Of a DNA stretch of 64,000 nt, positions 1-12,850 are shown piece by piece; within the stretch, counting starts at the first letter, position 1, and each line of letters starts with the position of its first letter. Position numbers and translations under genes: made by a program. Source of the DNA: Gammaproteobacteria bacterium. Its GTDB lineage: Bacteria; Pseudomonadota; Gammaproteobacteria; Eutrophobiales; Eutrophobiaceae. The stretch spans positions 2,464,001-2,528,000 of the forward strand of contig OZ220696.1 in assembly GCA_965116495.1 (NCBI GenBank), given 5' to 3'. The notes under the pieces were generated by a model, which saw only the letters and a list, made by a program, of their open reading frames with translations, was not told where the DNA came from and searched no databases.

Positions 1-743
1 TTGGCGCCCACCGCAGAAGCGGTTGCCCGTATGGCTGTGGGATTGCCGGTTAATTGCGCCAACTGTTTATAGGAAATAAGACTGCCCTCCGGGACCCTGA
101 GCAGTGCGCGCCAGACGTTTACCTGGAAATTCGTCCCCTTGACCAGCAGGTTAAAGTCAGCCTGGCGCCCGTCCTGCAGCCGGGTACGCGGGTTGAAAAT
201 CCTGTCAGCGGTGGCTGCGGTACGTTGCGGCTCATGGAAAATCTGTGCGGCAGGCCAGCGCATCCCGAGGCTGTTTACTTCCCGGCCGAGTATCTCCTCT
301 GATCCGAATGCCAGTTCACAGATACCTTTATCGGTAAGCGCCAGCAACATCATCCCGAACGGACTGCGATGAATGCCGTGATATATCTTCAAACCACTGC
401 CGAACTGCTTGTATTGGCCGGGAGTAACGGCTTCGACGGCAACGAACTGCTCATGCAGCCTACCCGGCCCGGATAACCCCAGGTCGAGCGCCGCATCAAG
501 AACAGCGGCCGATTTATCCAGTAGTTGCTTGGCGTGCTGCACGGTCAGAAACTCCAGGTAACGCTTGGGACTGACCCCCACCCAGGCCTTGAATTTCCTC
601 TGGAAATGCCAGGGACTCAATCCGGCGTGCGATGCGATTTGCTCAAGAGAGGGCTGCTGCCTGGCGTTATCCCGGATAAAGGCTATCGCCCTGGCAATAC
701 ACTCGTAATCACCTGCCGGACCAGAAGGGGAAACGATTTTCAT
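1..743 (-). CDS. Ada-like bifunctional AraC-HTH regulator / methylated-DNA--protein-cysteine methyltransferase (runs off the left edge)
   Basis: Not in the ORF track. Manual translation from ATG 743: MKIVSPSGPAGDYECIARAIAFIRDNARQQPSLEQIASHAGLSPWHFQRKF...SPFGMMLLALTDKGICELAF...KGTNFQVNVWRALLRVPEGSLISYKQLA, an AraC HTH followed by an Ogt domain. Confidence 0.9.
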   Translation of the reverse strand, partial: MKIVSPSGPAGDYECIARAIAFIRDNARQQPSLEQIASHAGLSPWHFQRKFKAWVGVSPKRYLEFLTVQHAKQLLDKSAAVLDAALDLGLSGPGRLHEQFVAVEAVTPGQYKQFGSGLKIYHGIHRSPFGMMLLALTDKGICELAFGSEEILGREVNSLGMRWPAAQIFHEPQRTAATADRIFNPRTRLQDGRQADFNLLVKGTNFQVNVWRALLRVPEGSLISYKQLAQLTGNPTAIRATASAVGA

Positions 744-800
744 GGAACAAGTATAAGCTAATCACTCATCCCATCCACCCGAATCTTGCTGTTTGATTCC

Positions 801-860
801 GTGTCCGGGGATGGATTTCAAATCCGTCAACATCGAGATCAATGGTAATCCCGGGACACC
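801..860. repeat. Degenerate REP-like palindrome
   Basis: GGGGATGGATTTCAAATCCGTC resembles GGGACGGAATTCAATTCCGTCCC at 61563. It is flanked by GTGTCCGGG...CCCGGGACAC. Confidence 0.45.
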
Positions 861-977
861 CATAAAATTATGGCATACGGCTGGAATCGTATATTAACTT
901 CAAATTGACGATTTCTCCTTGTTTCTTAATAAAAAGTAAGGCATTATGGCTTTTTGTAATGAAAAAGAGGGGTTGCC

Positions 978-1220
978 ATGATTGAATCTGCTATTACCAG
1001 CAAAGGCCAGACAACTCTTCCCAAAGTTGTTAGGGATGCTCTTGGAGTACAGGCCGGAGACCGGGTGCGCTACGTCATTATTGATGACGAGGTGCGGATA
1101 TTGCCGGTTTGTCCGATCAACAGGTTGTTTGGCGTGTTGCAGCATACCGGTCCTGCCGTCACGCTGGAGGAGATGGCGCAGGCTGTAATCAGCGGGGCCT
1201 GCGAAAATGATCGGGCTTGA
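978..1220 (+). CDS. AbrB/MazE/SpoVT-family antitoxin
   Basis: ITSKGQTTLPKVVRDALGVQAGDRV motif; GAGGGG RBS; overlaps the downstream PIN gene. Confidence 0.9.
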   Translation: MIESAITSKGQTTLPKVVRDALGVQAGDRVRYVIIDDEVRILPVCPINRLFGVLQHTGPAVTLEEMAQAVISGACENDRA

Positions 1221-1611
1221 TACCAACGTCCTGGTTCGCTACCTGGTACGCGACGATGCGGAGCAGGCGGAAGCTGCCCGGGCATTGCTGGAGTCACTCA
1301 CTGTTGAACGTCCCGGCTTCGTGTGCCGCGAGGTTACAGTCGAACTTGTCTGGGTGCTGGAACGGTCATACAAACAATCTCGTGACCGGATCGCGACAGT
1401 ATTGGAACAACTGGTAGCAACCGACAATCTGGTAGTCGAGGCTGCTGCTGATGTGATACGCGCGGCTTTCCGTTACCGTTCGGAAGTCGCAGGTTTTGCC
1501 GACCTGATGATTCTGGCCGCCATCGAACGCTCAGAAGCGTACCCTCTTTATACCTTCGACCAGAAGGCAGCACGACTTGAAGGGGTTGAACTGTTGGAGG
1601 ATACCCGTTAA
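1207..1611 (+). CDS. PIN-domain toxin (VapC family)
   Basis: MIGLDTNVLVRYL start; conserved acidic residues in ELVWVL, FADLMI and YTFD. Confidence 0.92.
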   Translation: MIGLDTNVLVRYLVRDDAEQAEAARALLESLTVERPGFVCREVTVELVWVLERSYKQSRDRIATVLEQLVATDNLVVEAAADVIRAAFRYRSEVAGFADLMILAAIERSEAYPLYTFDQKAARLEGVELLEDTR

Positions 1612-1735
1612 AGATGAGGTGGAAAAAAATATGAAGGAGGCTATTGAATTTCACTTGGAAGGATTGGCAATGGAAAAGCAGGAAATACCGGAACCGCACA
1701 GCTACCCGAACTATCTTGAAGTATCTGCCGGCTAA
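1610..1735 (+). pseudogene. C-terminal remnant of a HicB-family antitoxin
   Basis: Manual translation KDEVEKNMKEAIEFHLEGLAMEKQEIPEPHSYPNYLEVSAG*. EAIEFHLEGL...IPEP is typical of HicB; the N-terminus is missing. Confidence 0.7.
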
Positions 1736-1753
1736 TTAACCTCTACCCTCTGT

Positions 1754-2236
1754 CTATAATGACAATTCTACCTCACTAAGAAGAATCCCATCTTCATCAG
1801 CGTAGAGACAGTCCCCCGGCGTAAAGGTCGCGTCGGCAAAATTCAGGATGACATCCCGCTCCCCAGCACCCTTCTTGACACTGCGCCTGGGGTTTGTCCC
1901 CAGGGCTTTTATGCCTATGGGTAAGGTTGCGACAACGGCGGAATCACGTATACACCCGTACACAATCAGGCCGGCCCAGCCATTCTTCATACCCATTTCC
2001 GCCAGCATGTCTCCTACCAGGGCACAGCGATTTGAGGCGCTGCCGTCAACAACCAGCACGCGACCCCTGCCGGGTTCTTCCAGGGCCGCCCGCACCAGGG
2101 AGTTGTCTTCGAGACACTTCACCGTTGAAATGGGGCCGAAAAAATGCGTCTTTCCTCCGAAGTTCTGCAGGAAGGCGTTGACCACCTGTACCTTTCCTTC
2201 ATGTTCATCGTAGAGGTCTGCTGTCGAGAATGTCAT
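1754..2236 (-). CDS. rraA: RraA-family protein (ribonuclease E regulator / HMG aldolase-like)
   Basis: STADLYD, VKCLEDNSLV, VLVVDG, ALVGDMLA, GCIRD and YADEDG motifs. Confidence 0.92.
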   Translation of the reverse strand: MTFSTADLYDEHEGKVQVVNAFLQNFGGKTHFFGPISTVKCLEDNSLVRAALEEPGRGRVLVVDGSASNRCALVGDMLAEMGMKNGWAGLIVYGCIRDSAVVATLPIGIKALGTNPRRSVKKGAGERDVILNFADATFTPGDCLYADEDGILLSEVELSL

Positions 2237-3618
2237 TCCTGCCGCCTGTTATGCTTCCAACCACTTACGATCATGCTTTCCCGCTTGCTCATTGCCAGCG
2301 CATCGGCTTCCACGTCCTTGGAGACCGTGGCGCCGGCGGCTATGGTGGCGCCGTCGTTAATCCTGAGGGGGGCGATGAGTTCGGTATTGGAACCGATAAA
2401 CACGTCATCCCCGATGATCGTTTTATGTTTCTCGACCCCGTCGTAGTTGCAGGTGATCGTCCCGGCGCCGACGTTGACCCGTTCACCCACCTCGCTGTCG
2501 CCGATATAGCTGAGGTGGCTGGCCTTGGATCCTCGTCCTATGTCCGATTGTTTTATCTCGACAAAATTGCCGATATGTACGTCTTCGTCAAGTCTTGCAC
2601 CGGGGCGTATCCTGGCAAACGGGCCAATTCTGTTTCGTTTGCCGATAACGGCATTATCGATAACGCAATTTGCGGAAATTGTCGCCGCCTCACCGATATG
2701 TGCATCACGGATGACACAGTTAGGTCCGATAGAGGCATGATTTGCGATACTGACTTCACCTTCGATGACTACGTTTATGTCTATGAAGACGTCCTCACCG
2801 GTTTCCAGATCGCCGCGCAGGTCGAACCGGCCCGGGTCGGCCAGGGTCACGCCCTGTTTCATGAGCGCCCGCGCTTGTAAAAATTGGCAATGTCTTTCCA
2901 GCTCGGCTAACTGGGCCCGGTCATTCACCCCTTTTATCTCCATAACCGAAGCCGGGCTGGTGGATCGAACGTCGATCTCTTCATTCACGGCGTGCCCGAC
3001 AATATCCGTCAGCAGGTATTCCTCCTGCGCGTTGTCATCGGTCAACATGTTCAGCCATTTTTTCAGAAGGTCAGCGCGTACCACCATCATCCCGGTATTG
3101 ATCTCGCGTAGCAGTTTCTCCTGATCATCGGCATCCTTCTCCTCGACAATTCTGAGGATTTGGTCTGTCTTATCTCGCACTATCCGGCCGTAGCCGGTCG
3201 GATCATCAAGATGCGAGGTCAGGATGCTGAACCCGCTTTCACCGGCCAATTCTACAAGAGTCGCCAGGGTATACTCGGTAATCAGCGGAACATCGCCGTA
3301 GAGCACGATAACGTGATGTGAGCCGGGAATGGAATCCATGACCTGCAATACCGCATGGCCTGTCCCCAGTTGCCGTTCCTGCCTGACCCAGCGGGCGTCG
3401 AACGTTTCATGCTCCTCGCGCACCTGGTCGCCCTCATACCCGTAGACGATATAGATTTCATCACAGGACAGGAGGCCGGCAGTATGATACACGTGTGCCA
3501 GCAGGGTTTTTCCGGCCAGGTTGTGCATCACCTTCGGCAGGGAAGAGCGCATGCGCTTGCCTTTTCCGGCGGCAAGGATAACGGCGCTCAGGGGATGCAA
3601 TGGGGTCAGGTCGCACAT
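2233..3618 (-). CDS. glmU: Bifunctional UDP-GlcNAc pyrophosphorylase / GlcN-1-P acetyltransferase
   Basis: VILAAGKGKRMRSSLPKV, QLGTGHA, hexapeptide repeats, GAGTITCNYDG; lies downstream of atpC. The start (ATG 3618 or TTG 3600) is inside a repeat arm. Confidence 0.97.
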   Translation of the reverse strand: MCDLTPLHPLSAVILAAGKGKRMRSSLPKVMHNLAGKTLLAHVYHTAGLLSCDEIYIVYGYEGDQVREEHETFDARWVRQERQLGTGHAVLQVMDSIPGSHHVIVLYGDVPLITEYTLATLVELAGESGFSILTSHLDDPTGYGRIVRDKTDQILRIVEEKDADDQEKLLREINTGMMVVRADLLKKWLNMLTDDNAQEEYLLTDIVGHAVNEEIDVRSTSPASVMEIKGVNDRAQLAELERHCQFLQARALMKQGVTLADPGRFDLRGDLETGEDVFIDINVVIEGEVSIANHASIGPNCVIRDAHIGEAATISANCVIDNAVIGKRNRIGPFARIRPGARLDEDVHIGNFVEIKQSDIGRGSKASHLSYIGDSEVGERVNVGAGTITCNYDGVEKHKTIIGDDVFIGSNTELIAPLRINDGATIAAGATVSKDVEADALAMSKRESMIVSGWKHNRRQE

Positions 3619-3698
3619 TGCACATACAGTGCGTAACGGAAACAGATTTTAACTCTGCTCCCTGTGGATGTGCAATGTGCGACCTGACCCCATTGCAT
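3595..3698. repeat. MITE/REP-like element with perfect 31-bp inverted arms (family A)
   Basis: ATGCAATGGGGTCAGGTCGCACATTGCACAT (3595-3625) and its exact reverse complement (3668-3698), with a 42-bp spacer. Single arms recur near 34549 and 61607. Confidence 0.9.
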
Positions 3699-3700
3699 GC

Positions 3701-4126
3701 TCAACTGCGTCCGGTGCGTTTACGCATCCTGCGGATAGCCTGCAGTTGCGCTACGGCTTCCGCGTTCTTTGCCAGGGCCATTGCATAATCTATATTCACA
3801 TCGCGGTCGTGCAGCTCGCGTTCCGCCTCTTCGCTGGCCCTGAGTACCGCTGCCTCGTCCAGGTCCTCGGCGCGCATGGCCGTATCCGAGAGAACAGTTA
3901 CCACATCCGGTTGCACCTCCAGCATTCCGCCGGAGACATAAAAGCCTTCCTCCTCGCCGTTGTCCTGTTTGATGCGGACTTCTCCCGGGGCAAGTTGGGT
4001 GACCAGTGGCGTATGGCCTGGTGCGATGCCCACTTCACCCAGTATTGCCGGGACAAAGACCATTTGCGCCTCACCGGAAAAGATTTCCTTTTCCGCGCTG
4101 ACGATATCAACGTGTATGGTAGCCAT
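3701..4126 (-). CDS. atpC: ATP synthase F1 epsilon subunit
   Basis: IHVDIVSAEKEIFSG...GEVGIAPGHTPL...VSGGMLEVQP; position in operon. Confidence 0.97.
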   Translation of the reverse strand: MATIHVDIVSAEKEIFSGEAQMVFVPAILGEVGIAPGHTPLVTQLAPGEVRIKQDNGEEEGFYVSGGMLEVQPDVVTVLSDTAMRAEDLDEAAVLRASEEAERELHDRDVNIDYAMALAKNAEAVAQLQAIRRMRKRTGRS

Positions 4127-4139
4127 GATCAGCTATAGT

Positions 4140-5573
<1,434 letters not shown>

Positions 5574-5579
5574 TTATAT

Positions 5580-5728
5580 ATCCGCAGATGACGCAGATTA
5601 CCGCAGATTACTTTTATTTATTCTTTAGTTTCGCATCCAGGCTGATTAGCGTGCTATCGACTTAGCATAGGAAATAAATTAAATAACTATCTTTATTTCA
5701 TCTGCGTTAATCTGCGTCATCTGCGGAT
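5580..5728. repeat. ~149-bp element with ATCCGCAGAT-type terminal inverted repeats (family B), copy 1
   Basis: ATCCGCAGATGACGCAGATTACCGCAGAT...ATCTGCGTTAATCTGCGTCATCTGCGGAT. Near-identical to 6619-6765 and abuts the atpG stop. Confidence 0.9.
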
Positions 5729-6591
5729 TACACCGCCGCTGCGCCGCCCACTATCTCGGAGATTTCCTGGGTGATCGCGGCCTGGCGCGCCTTGTTATAA
5801 ATCAATTGCAATTCATCAATCAGGGTACCGGCGTTATCGGAAGCGCTCTTCATGGCAACCATGCGGGCCGCCTGTTCACAGGCAATATTTTCCACTACCT
5901 CCTGGTAAATGAGGGATTCCACGTAGCGTTGCAATAACTGGTCGAGCACCTCTTTGGCATCGGGCTCATAGATGTAATCCCAGTAATGCTTCACTTCATC
6001 GTCACCCAGGGAACGGATCGGGATAAGCTGTTCCACCGTCGGTTTCTGTGTCATGGAATTGATGAACTGGTTGGACACAATATACAGCTCATCGACTTTC
6101 TGTTCCTGGTAGGCATCCAGCATCACTTTGATGGCGCCGATCAAGATATCCAGTCCGGGCGAATCGCCGATATGCGTCGTCTGGGCAACGATATTTGCGC
6201 CCAGCCGGCGGAAATAGCCCACTGCCTTGTTGCCTATGATACTGAGGTCAACAGCGACCCCGGCGTCATCCCATTCCTTCATCTTTCCCAGCACTTCCCG
6301 GAACAGGTTTGAGTTCAGTCCGCCACAGAGTCCTCGATCGGTTGAGATGATCACCAGTCCGATACGTTTGACCTCCTCCCGGGGAATGAGATACGGGTGC
6401 TTGTATTCAGGGTTGGCCGCGCCCAGGTGCGTTATTACGTTGCGAATTTTTTCGGCATAGGGCCGCGCCGCGCGCATGCGCTCCTGTGCCTTGCGCATTT
6501 TGCTGGCGGCGACCATCTCCATCGCCTTGGTGATCTTCTGTGTGTTTTTTACACTGGCGATCTTGGTGCGGATTTCTTTACCTACTGCCAT
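5728..6591 (-). CDS. atpG: ATP synthase F1 gamma subunit
   Basis: [23 protein letters not shown] and [17 protein letters not shown]. Confidence 0.99.
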   Translation of the reverse strand: MAVGKEIRTKIASVKNTQKITKAMEMVAASKMRKAQERMRAARPYAEKIRNVITHLGAANPEYKHPYLIPREEVKRIGLVIISTDRGLCGGLNSNLFREVLGKMKEWDDAGVAVDLSIIGNKAVGYFRRLGANIVAQTTHIGDSPGLDILIGAIKVMLDAYQEQKVDELYIVSNQFINSMTQKPTVEQLIPIRSLGDDEVKHYWDYIYEPDAKEVLDQLLQRYVESLIYQEVVENIACEQAARMVAMKSASDNAGTLIDELQLIYNKARQAAITQEISEIVGGAAAV

Positions 6592-6618
6592 TCGTTTTCT
6601 TCAGTTTCAGATTGTTTC

Positions 6619-6765
6619 ATCCGCAGATTACGCAGATTACCGCAGATTATTTTTATTTATTCTTTAGTTTCGCATCCAGGCTGATTGACGTGCTATCGAC
6701 TCAGCATAAGAAATTGTGAATAACAATCTTTATTTCATCTGCGCTAATCTGCGTCATCTGCGGAT
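6619..6765. repeat. Family B element, copy 2
   Basis: Direct repeat of 5580-5728, including the interior (TTTATTTATTCTTTAGTTTCGCATCCAGGCTGATT...). Confidence 0.9.
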
Positions 6766-6775
6766 ATTCTCAATC

Positions 6776-8317
6776 TTACCAGGTGTGGTTCTTCCTGAAT
6801 TCTTCCAGGCTGTCTTTCAATGCGGACGCCACCTCGTCGGTGTACTCCGGCTTTTCCTGAATTTGGGCCATGAGTTCCTTGCGTTCGCTGTGCATGAAAT
6901 TGTGCAGCGCCGCTTCAAAATCGCCGACCTTTTCCAGTTCCACGTCATCCACGTAGCCGTTCTCCACCGCATACAGGCTCACGGCGATCCCCGCCACGCT
7001 CAGCGGGGAATACTGTTTCTGTTTCATCAACTCCATCACCCGCTGGCCGCGCTCCAGCTGCTTGCGGGTCGTCTCGTCGAGATCGGAGGCAAACTGGGCA
7101 AAAGCGGCCAGTTCACGGTACTGGGCCAGGGCCAGGCGGATACCCCCGCCCAGCTTCTTGATGATCTTGGTCTGGGCCGCCCCGCCTACCCGTGATACGG
7201 ACAATCCTGCATTAATTGCTGGCCGAAATCCGGAGTTGAACAGGTCCGTCTCCAGGTATATCTGGCCATCGGTGATGGAAATCACGTTGGTAGGTACGAA
7301 TGCGGAGACATCACCCGCCTGGGTTTCGATAATGGGCAGGGCCGTGAGCGACCCGGTCTTCCCCTTGACTTTACCGTCCGTCAGCTTCTCGACGGCTTCC
7401 TCATTCAGGCGCGAGGCCCGCTCCAGCAAGCGTGAATGCAGGTAGAACACATCCCCCGGATAGGCTTCGCGTCCCGGCGGGCGTCGCAACAGCAGCGATA
7501 CCTGGCGATAAGCCCAGGCCTGCTTGGTCAAATCGTCATAAATGATCAGGGCGTCTTCCCCGCGATCACGGAAATATTCGCCCATCGCACAACCGGAATA
7601 AGGCGCGATATACTGCATGGCTGCCGAGTCGGAGGCAGTGGCCGCCACCACGATGGTGTGCTCCATGGCGCCGTGCTCCTCCAGTTTACGTATCACGACG
7701 TTAACGGAGGAGGCCTTCTGGCCTATCGCCACGTAGATGCATTTTACCCCGGTACCCTTCTGGTTGATGATGGTATCTATCGCTACCGCAGTCTTGCCGG
7801 TCTGCCTGTCGCCTATGATCAACTCGCGCTGGCCGCGGCCGATGGGCACCATCGAGTCAATGGATTTCAGACCGGTCTGAACCGGTTGCGAGACGGATAC
7901 TCTCTGGATGACGCCGGGGGCAATCTTTTCGATGGGAGAGCTGTCACCGGCGTTTATCTCCCCCTTGCCGTCAATGGGATTCCCCAGGGAATCAACTACG
8001 CGCCCCAGCAGCGCTTCGCCGACCGGGACCTCCAGGATGCGCTTGGTACACCTGGCGGTGTCACCCTCGGAAATATGCTCGTAGTTCCCCAGGACAACGG
8101 CGCCGACTGAATCCCGCTCCAGGTTAAGCGCCAACCCGTAGGTGTTGCCGGGAAACTCGATCATCTCACCCTGCATGGCGTCACTCAGGCCATGGATTCG
8201 GGCGATCCCGTCGGACAGGCTGACGACGGTGCCTTCCGTGCGCGCATCGGTGTCCAGGTCAAAGTCCTGTATCTTCTTTTTTATCAGTTCACTGATTTCT
8301 GTTGCACTGATTGACAT
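6776..8317 (-). CDS. atpA: ATP synthase F1 alpha subunit
   Basis: GDRQTGKT and [21 protein letters not shown]. Confidence 0.99.
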   Translation of the reverse strand: MSISATEISELIKKKIQDFDLDTDARTEGTVVSLSDGIARIHGLSDAMQGEMIEFPGNTYGLALNLERDSVGAVVLGNYEHISEGDTARCTKRILEVPVGEALLGRVVDSLGNPIDGKGEINAGDSSPIEKIAPGVIQRVSVSQPVQTGLKSIDSMVPIGRGQRELIIGDRQTGKTAVAIDTIINQKGTGVKCIYVAIGQKASSVNVVIRKLEEHGAMEHTIVVAATASDSAAMQYIAPYSGCAMGEYFRDRGEDALIIYDDLTKQAWAYRQVSLLLRRPPGREAYPGDVFYLHSRLLERASRLNEEAVEKLTDGKVKGKTGSLTALPIIETQAGDVSAFVPTNVISITDGQIYLETDLFNSGFRPAINAGLSVSRVGGAAQTKIIKKLGGGIRLALAQYRELAAFAQFASDLDETTRKQLERGQRVMELMKQKQYSPLSVAGIAVSLYAVENGYVDDVELEKVGDFEAALHNFMHSERKELMAQIQEKPEYTDEVASALKDSLEEFRKNHTW

Positions 8318-8395
8318 CGTTATTCCTCATTTTCTATCTGTATTCATCTGCGGCGGAGCCTTTCTGAAGTCAACACCAATTTTCTAATACCCATT

Positions 8396-8485
8396 CGTCA
8401 TTCCTGCGAAAGTTTATCCCTGCGAAAGCAGGGACCAGAATCCAGTAAAACAACCTTTGGATTCCGGGCCAAGCCCGGAATGACG
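8396..8485. repeat. GTCATTCC...GGAATGAC palindromic element (family C), copy 1
   Basis: CGTCATTCCTGCG...GAATCCAG...TGGATTCCGGGCCAAGCCCGGAATGACG; a related inverted copy lies at 61371-61553. Confidence 0.8.
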
Positions 8486-8522
8486 GCAGGTATATCAGCC
8501 GACTTTGAAATGTTTTCTGTCT

Positions 8523-9059
8523 TCAAAGGACCAGCTCATTGCGCAATTCGGCCAGCCTGCCGCGCAGCGATGCGTCAATAATCGAATCGCCGGCGCGGAT
8601 AACGGCGCCGCCGATCAGCGACTCGTCAACCGAAGTCCTGATGTTTACCTGCTTGCCCAGGCGTCCTGAAATTATGCCGGCAATGCTGTCCTGCTGCTGC
8701 CGGTCCAGCGGATATGCCGTCACAATCTCCACCTCCACTTTGCCCTCTGCGGCTGCCCGCATCTGTTCGTACTGATCCTTGATAGCGGCTGTGTATTGCA
8801 ACCGGCCCGCCTGAACCAGTACCTTTACCAGGTTGCGGCCGGGACCGGAAAGTCCGTCGCCACACACATCAAGGACAAGGTCCTGCAGCTGTTGGCGGCT
8901 GACTTTAGGATTGGTTATCAGTTGGCGCATATCCTTGTCGGAAGCAACCAGGCCCAGTAATCCAAGCATGGCCGACCATTCCTCTACCCGGCCCGTCTCC
9001 TGGGCCAGCTCGAACACGGCGGTGGCATACGGCCTGGCAATAGTAGAGGTTTCGAGCAT
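8523..9059 (-). CDS. atpH: ATP synthase delta subunit
   Basis: TIARPYATAVFELA...SLIGGAVIRAGDSIIDAS. Confidence 0.97.
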   Translation of the reverse strand: MLETSTIARPYATAVFELAQETGRVEEWSAMLGLLGLVASDKDMRQLITNPKVSRQQLQDLVLDVCGDGLSGPGRNLVKVLVQAGRLQYTAAIKDQYEQMRAAAEGKVEVEIVTAYPLDRQQQDSIAGIISGRLGKQVNIRTSVDESLIGGAVIRAGDSIIDASLRGRLAELRNELVL

Positions 9060-9068
9060 CTGTGGAGC

Positions 9069-9539
9069 TTATAATTCTGCGCCTAAACCGGCCAACAATT
9101 CGTCATGCGCGTGTTTGTCGACTTCACGCATAAGGACCCGTTCGGCGCCGGCCAGCGCCAGCACGGCCACTTCCTGCCGCAACTGGTCCCTGGCCTGGGT
9201 GCGTTCCCGTTCAATCTCGGCATGGGCCGCCTCAATCAACCTGTCGCCTTCCACCCTGGCTGCCTGTTTCGCCTCTTCCAGTATCTCATCCCCGCGCTTT
9301 TGCGCCTGGGCAATGATTTCATTGGCGTGCTGCTTACCCTCGTCGACCAGTTCCGACAAGCGCTGGTCCGCTTCCACCAGTTTATTCTGTCCGGCTTCGG
9401 CAGCGGCCAGGCCGTCGGCTATGCGCTTCTCGCGCTCCTGCAAGGCATTGATGATCGGCGGCCAGATATATTTCATACAGAACCAGACGAAAATCAATAA
9501 CGATATCGCCTGACCTATCAGTGTCAGGTTAATATTCAT
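9069..9539 (-). CDS. atpF: ATP synthase F0 subunit b
   Basis: MNINLTLIGQAISLLIFVWFCMKYIWPP followed by a coiled coil; 156 aa. Confidence 0.97.
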   Translation of the reverse strand: MNINLTLIGQAISLLIFVWFCMKYIWPPIINALQEREKRIADGLAAAEAGQNKLVEADQRLSELVDEGKQHANEIIAQAQKRGDEILEEAKQAARVEGDRLIEAAHAEIERERTQARDQLRQEVAVLALAGAERVLMREVDKHAHDELLAGLGAEL

Positions 9540-9542
9540 TCG

Positions 9543-9860
<318 letters not shown>

Positions 9861-9868
9861 TTAATAAG

Positions 9869-11120
<1,252 letters not shown>

Positions 11121-11316
11121 CTCCCGTTAGAGAAGCAAGTCAATGTAAGTCTGCCCTGGGATCGGACCGTTCAGTCGTTGATTTTTTCCACGGCAAGGGG
11201 CAAAGGGTGGGATTATAAATATCTTGTCAAATTAAATCAAACGTTGCATTGCACAAAATTATTTCCATAAACCCATTCTTGATAGGCTTTTCCCGATTTA
11301 TTAGACTGAACCGACC

Positions 11317-11643
11317 ATGTCTCAAATCCTGAAGAATCTGCCCGTGGGCAGTTATGCCGTCGTTTTCCCGTCCATCAGCACCGGCGTCGATGAAGAGGGC
11401 CATGAAAAAATGCTTGCTGAGTTGTACGGCCGTGTCCAGGAAATAGAGGGTTTCCTGGGCCTGGAATCCGCCTCAGACAGTCCATTCAAACTGGCTGTTG
11501 CCTATTTTGATTCGCTTGAGTCCATAAATGCCTGGAGACAAAACAGCGAGCACATTGCTGCCAAGAACAAGGCCCGTTCCACCTGGCTGGAAGACTGGCA
11601 GATAAGAATTTGCAGAATTGAGGAAACTTACGGCAAGTCGTAA
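11317..11643 (+). CDS. Antibiotic biosynthesis monooxygenase (ABM) domain protein
   Basis: YAVVF...GFLGLESA...YFDSLESINAWRQNSEH..A...W pattern. Confidence 0.85.
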   Translation: MSQILKNLPVGSYAVVFPSISTGVDEEGHEKMLAELYGRVQEIEGFLGLESASDSPFKLAVAYFDSLESINAWRQNSEHIAAKNKARSTWLEDWQIRICRIEETYGKS

Positions 11644-11665
11644 GAGTAATAAACCAGGAGGCAGG

Positions 11666-12850
11666 TCAGGCTAAGCCTCGTTCCTTCATCAGTCGACGGT
11701 GATGCAGCAGCGGCGGCAAGAGCAACAGGTAGGCAACAAAAAATAATACAATGCCGGCCCAAAGAATTCGGGAATAATCACCTTCCAGTAACAAGGTGGC
11801 GGCACCCGCCGGACCAATAGCCAACCCCGACATCTGGGCAGCAACAGCATAGTGCACCACCCGGCCTGTTCGCTCGAAGCTCGCCATGGAGGCCAATAAA
11901 AGAGGGTGACACATATTCCAGGCTAAGCAGTAGATACATACGGCTAGCGCATACATCAACGCAGAGAACTGACCAACTAATATGAGAAGAATCATTCCCC
12001 CTCCCGGCACGCCGATAGTCAGCAGTGAAGTTCTACCCAAACGGTGCGCCGCGACCGCTACAATTAGAGCGCCAACGATGCCGGATAATTGCGACAGGAA
12101 CAGACCATTAGCCACTTCCTGTTCATTAATTCCGGCATTGAGGCCAATAAGGAATAAATAAGCCCAGGTGCCGCCAATCGCCAGGAAATAAATGAACATG
12201 GCAAACACGGCCGCAACCCGCAAACCCATACTGATATCTACGGAGTCCGCTTCAGCAGGCTGGTGCTCTTCTCCTGATTCCGGCATGTGACGCAGGCAAA
12301 ACCAACCACCCGCAGCGAAAACCGCAAAGAAAACAATAATTCCTTCAAGACCTATGGTTGCCAACGCAGCAGGCATCACCCACAGGCTGAATGCGGAGTA
12401 AATCAGAACACCAATGATCAAATATCCAAGATTTCGATCCGGAAATCTGGTCAAACCCATAACAGTGAAAGTCAGCGAGATCAGCCCCCCGGATCCCAGG
12501 CCCACGAAGAAACGTGACAGGCCGAATGTTGTCAAATCATTGGCAGTCAGAGAGGCCAGGTTGCCTCCTACAAACAGTATTAATGAAACGTTCAGAAACT
12601 TTACCCAGTTAAACCGGGGAGCCCAAAAAGCCAGGAAGACCGAGGTTGCTGCAATACCCCAGACTTCCGTTGAAGCAATAATGCCCGCCTGTTGTTCACT
12701 GAAGCCGAGAGATTCCACCATGCCCTGAACAAAACCGGGCTGCACGATAAACACTGCTGCACCGATAACCGCGAGATAAATGGTAGAGAGAATGGAACGG
12801 GTACTGTTGACATCCACTGCAAGGTGGGAATTATGGAAGACTGCGTTCAT
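11666..12850 (-). CDS. MFS transporter
   Basis: 394 aa with about 12 hydrophobic segments; SRFFVGLGSG motif. Confidence 0.85.
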   Translation of the reverse strand: MNAVFHNSHLAVDVNSTRSILSTIYLAVIGAAVFIVQPGFVQGMVESLGFSEQQAGIIASTEVWGIAATSVFLAFWAPRFNWVKFLNVSLILFVGGNLASLTANDLTTFGLSRFFVGLGSGGLISLTFTVMGLTRFPDRNLGYLIIGVLIYSAFSLWVMPAALATIGLEGIIVFFAVFAAGGWFCLRHMPESGEEHQPAEADSVDISMGLRVAAVFAMFIYFLAIGGTWAYLFLIGLNAGINEQEVANGLFLSQLSGIVGALIVAVAAHRLGRTSLLTIGVPGGGMILLILVGQFSALMYALAVCIYCLAWNMCHPLLLASMASFERTGRVVHYAVAAQMSGLAIGPAGAATLLLEGDYSRILWAGIVLFFVAYLLLLPPLLHHRRLMKERGLA

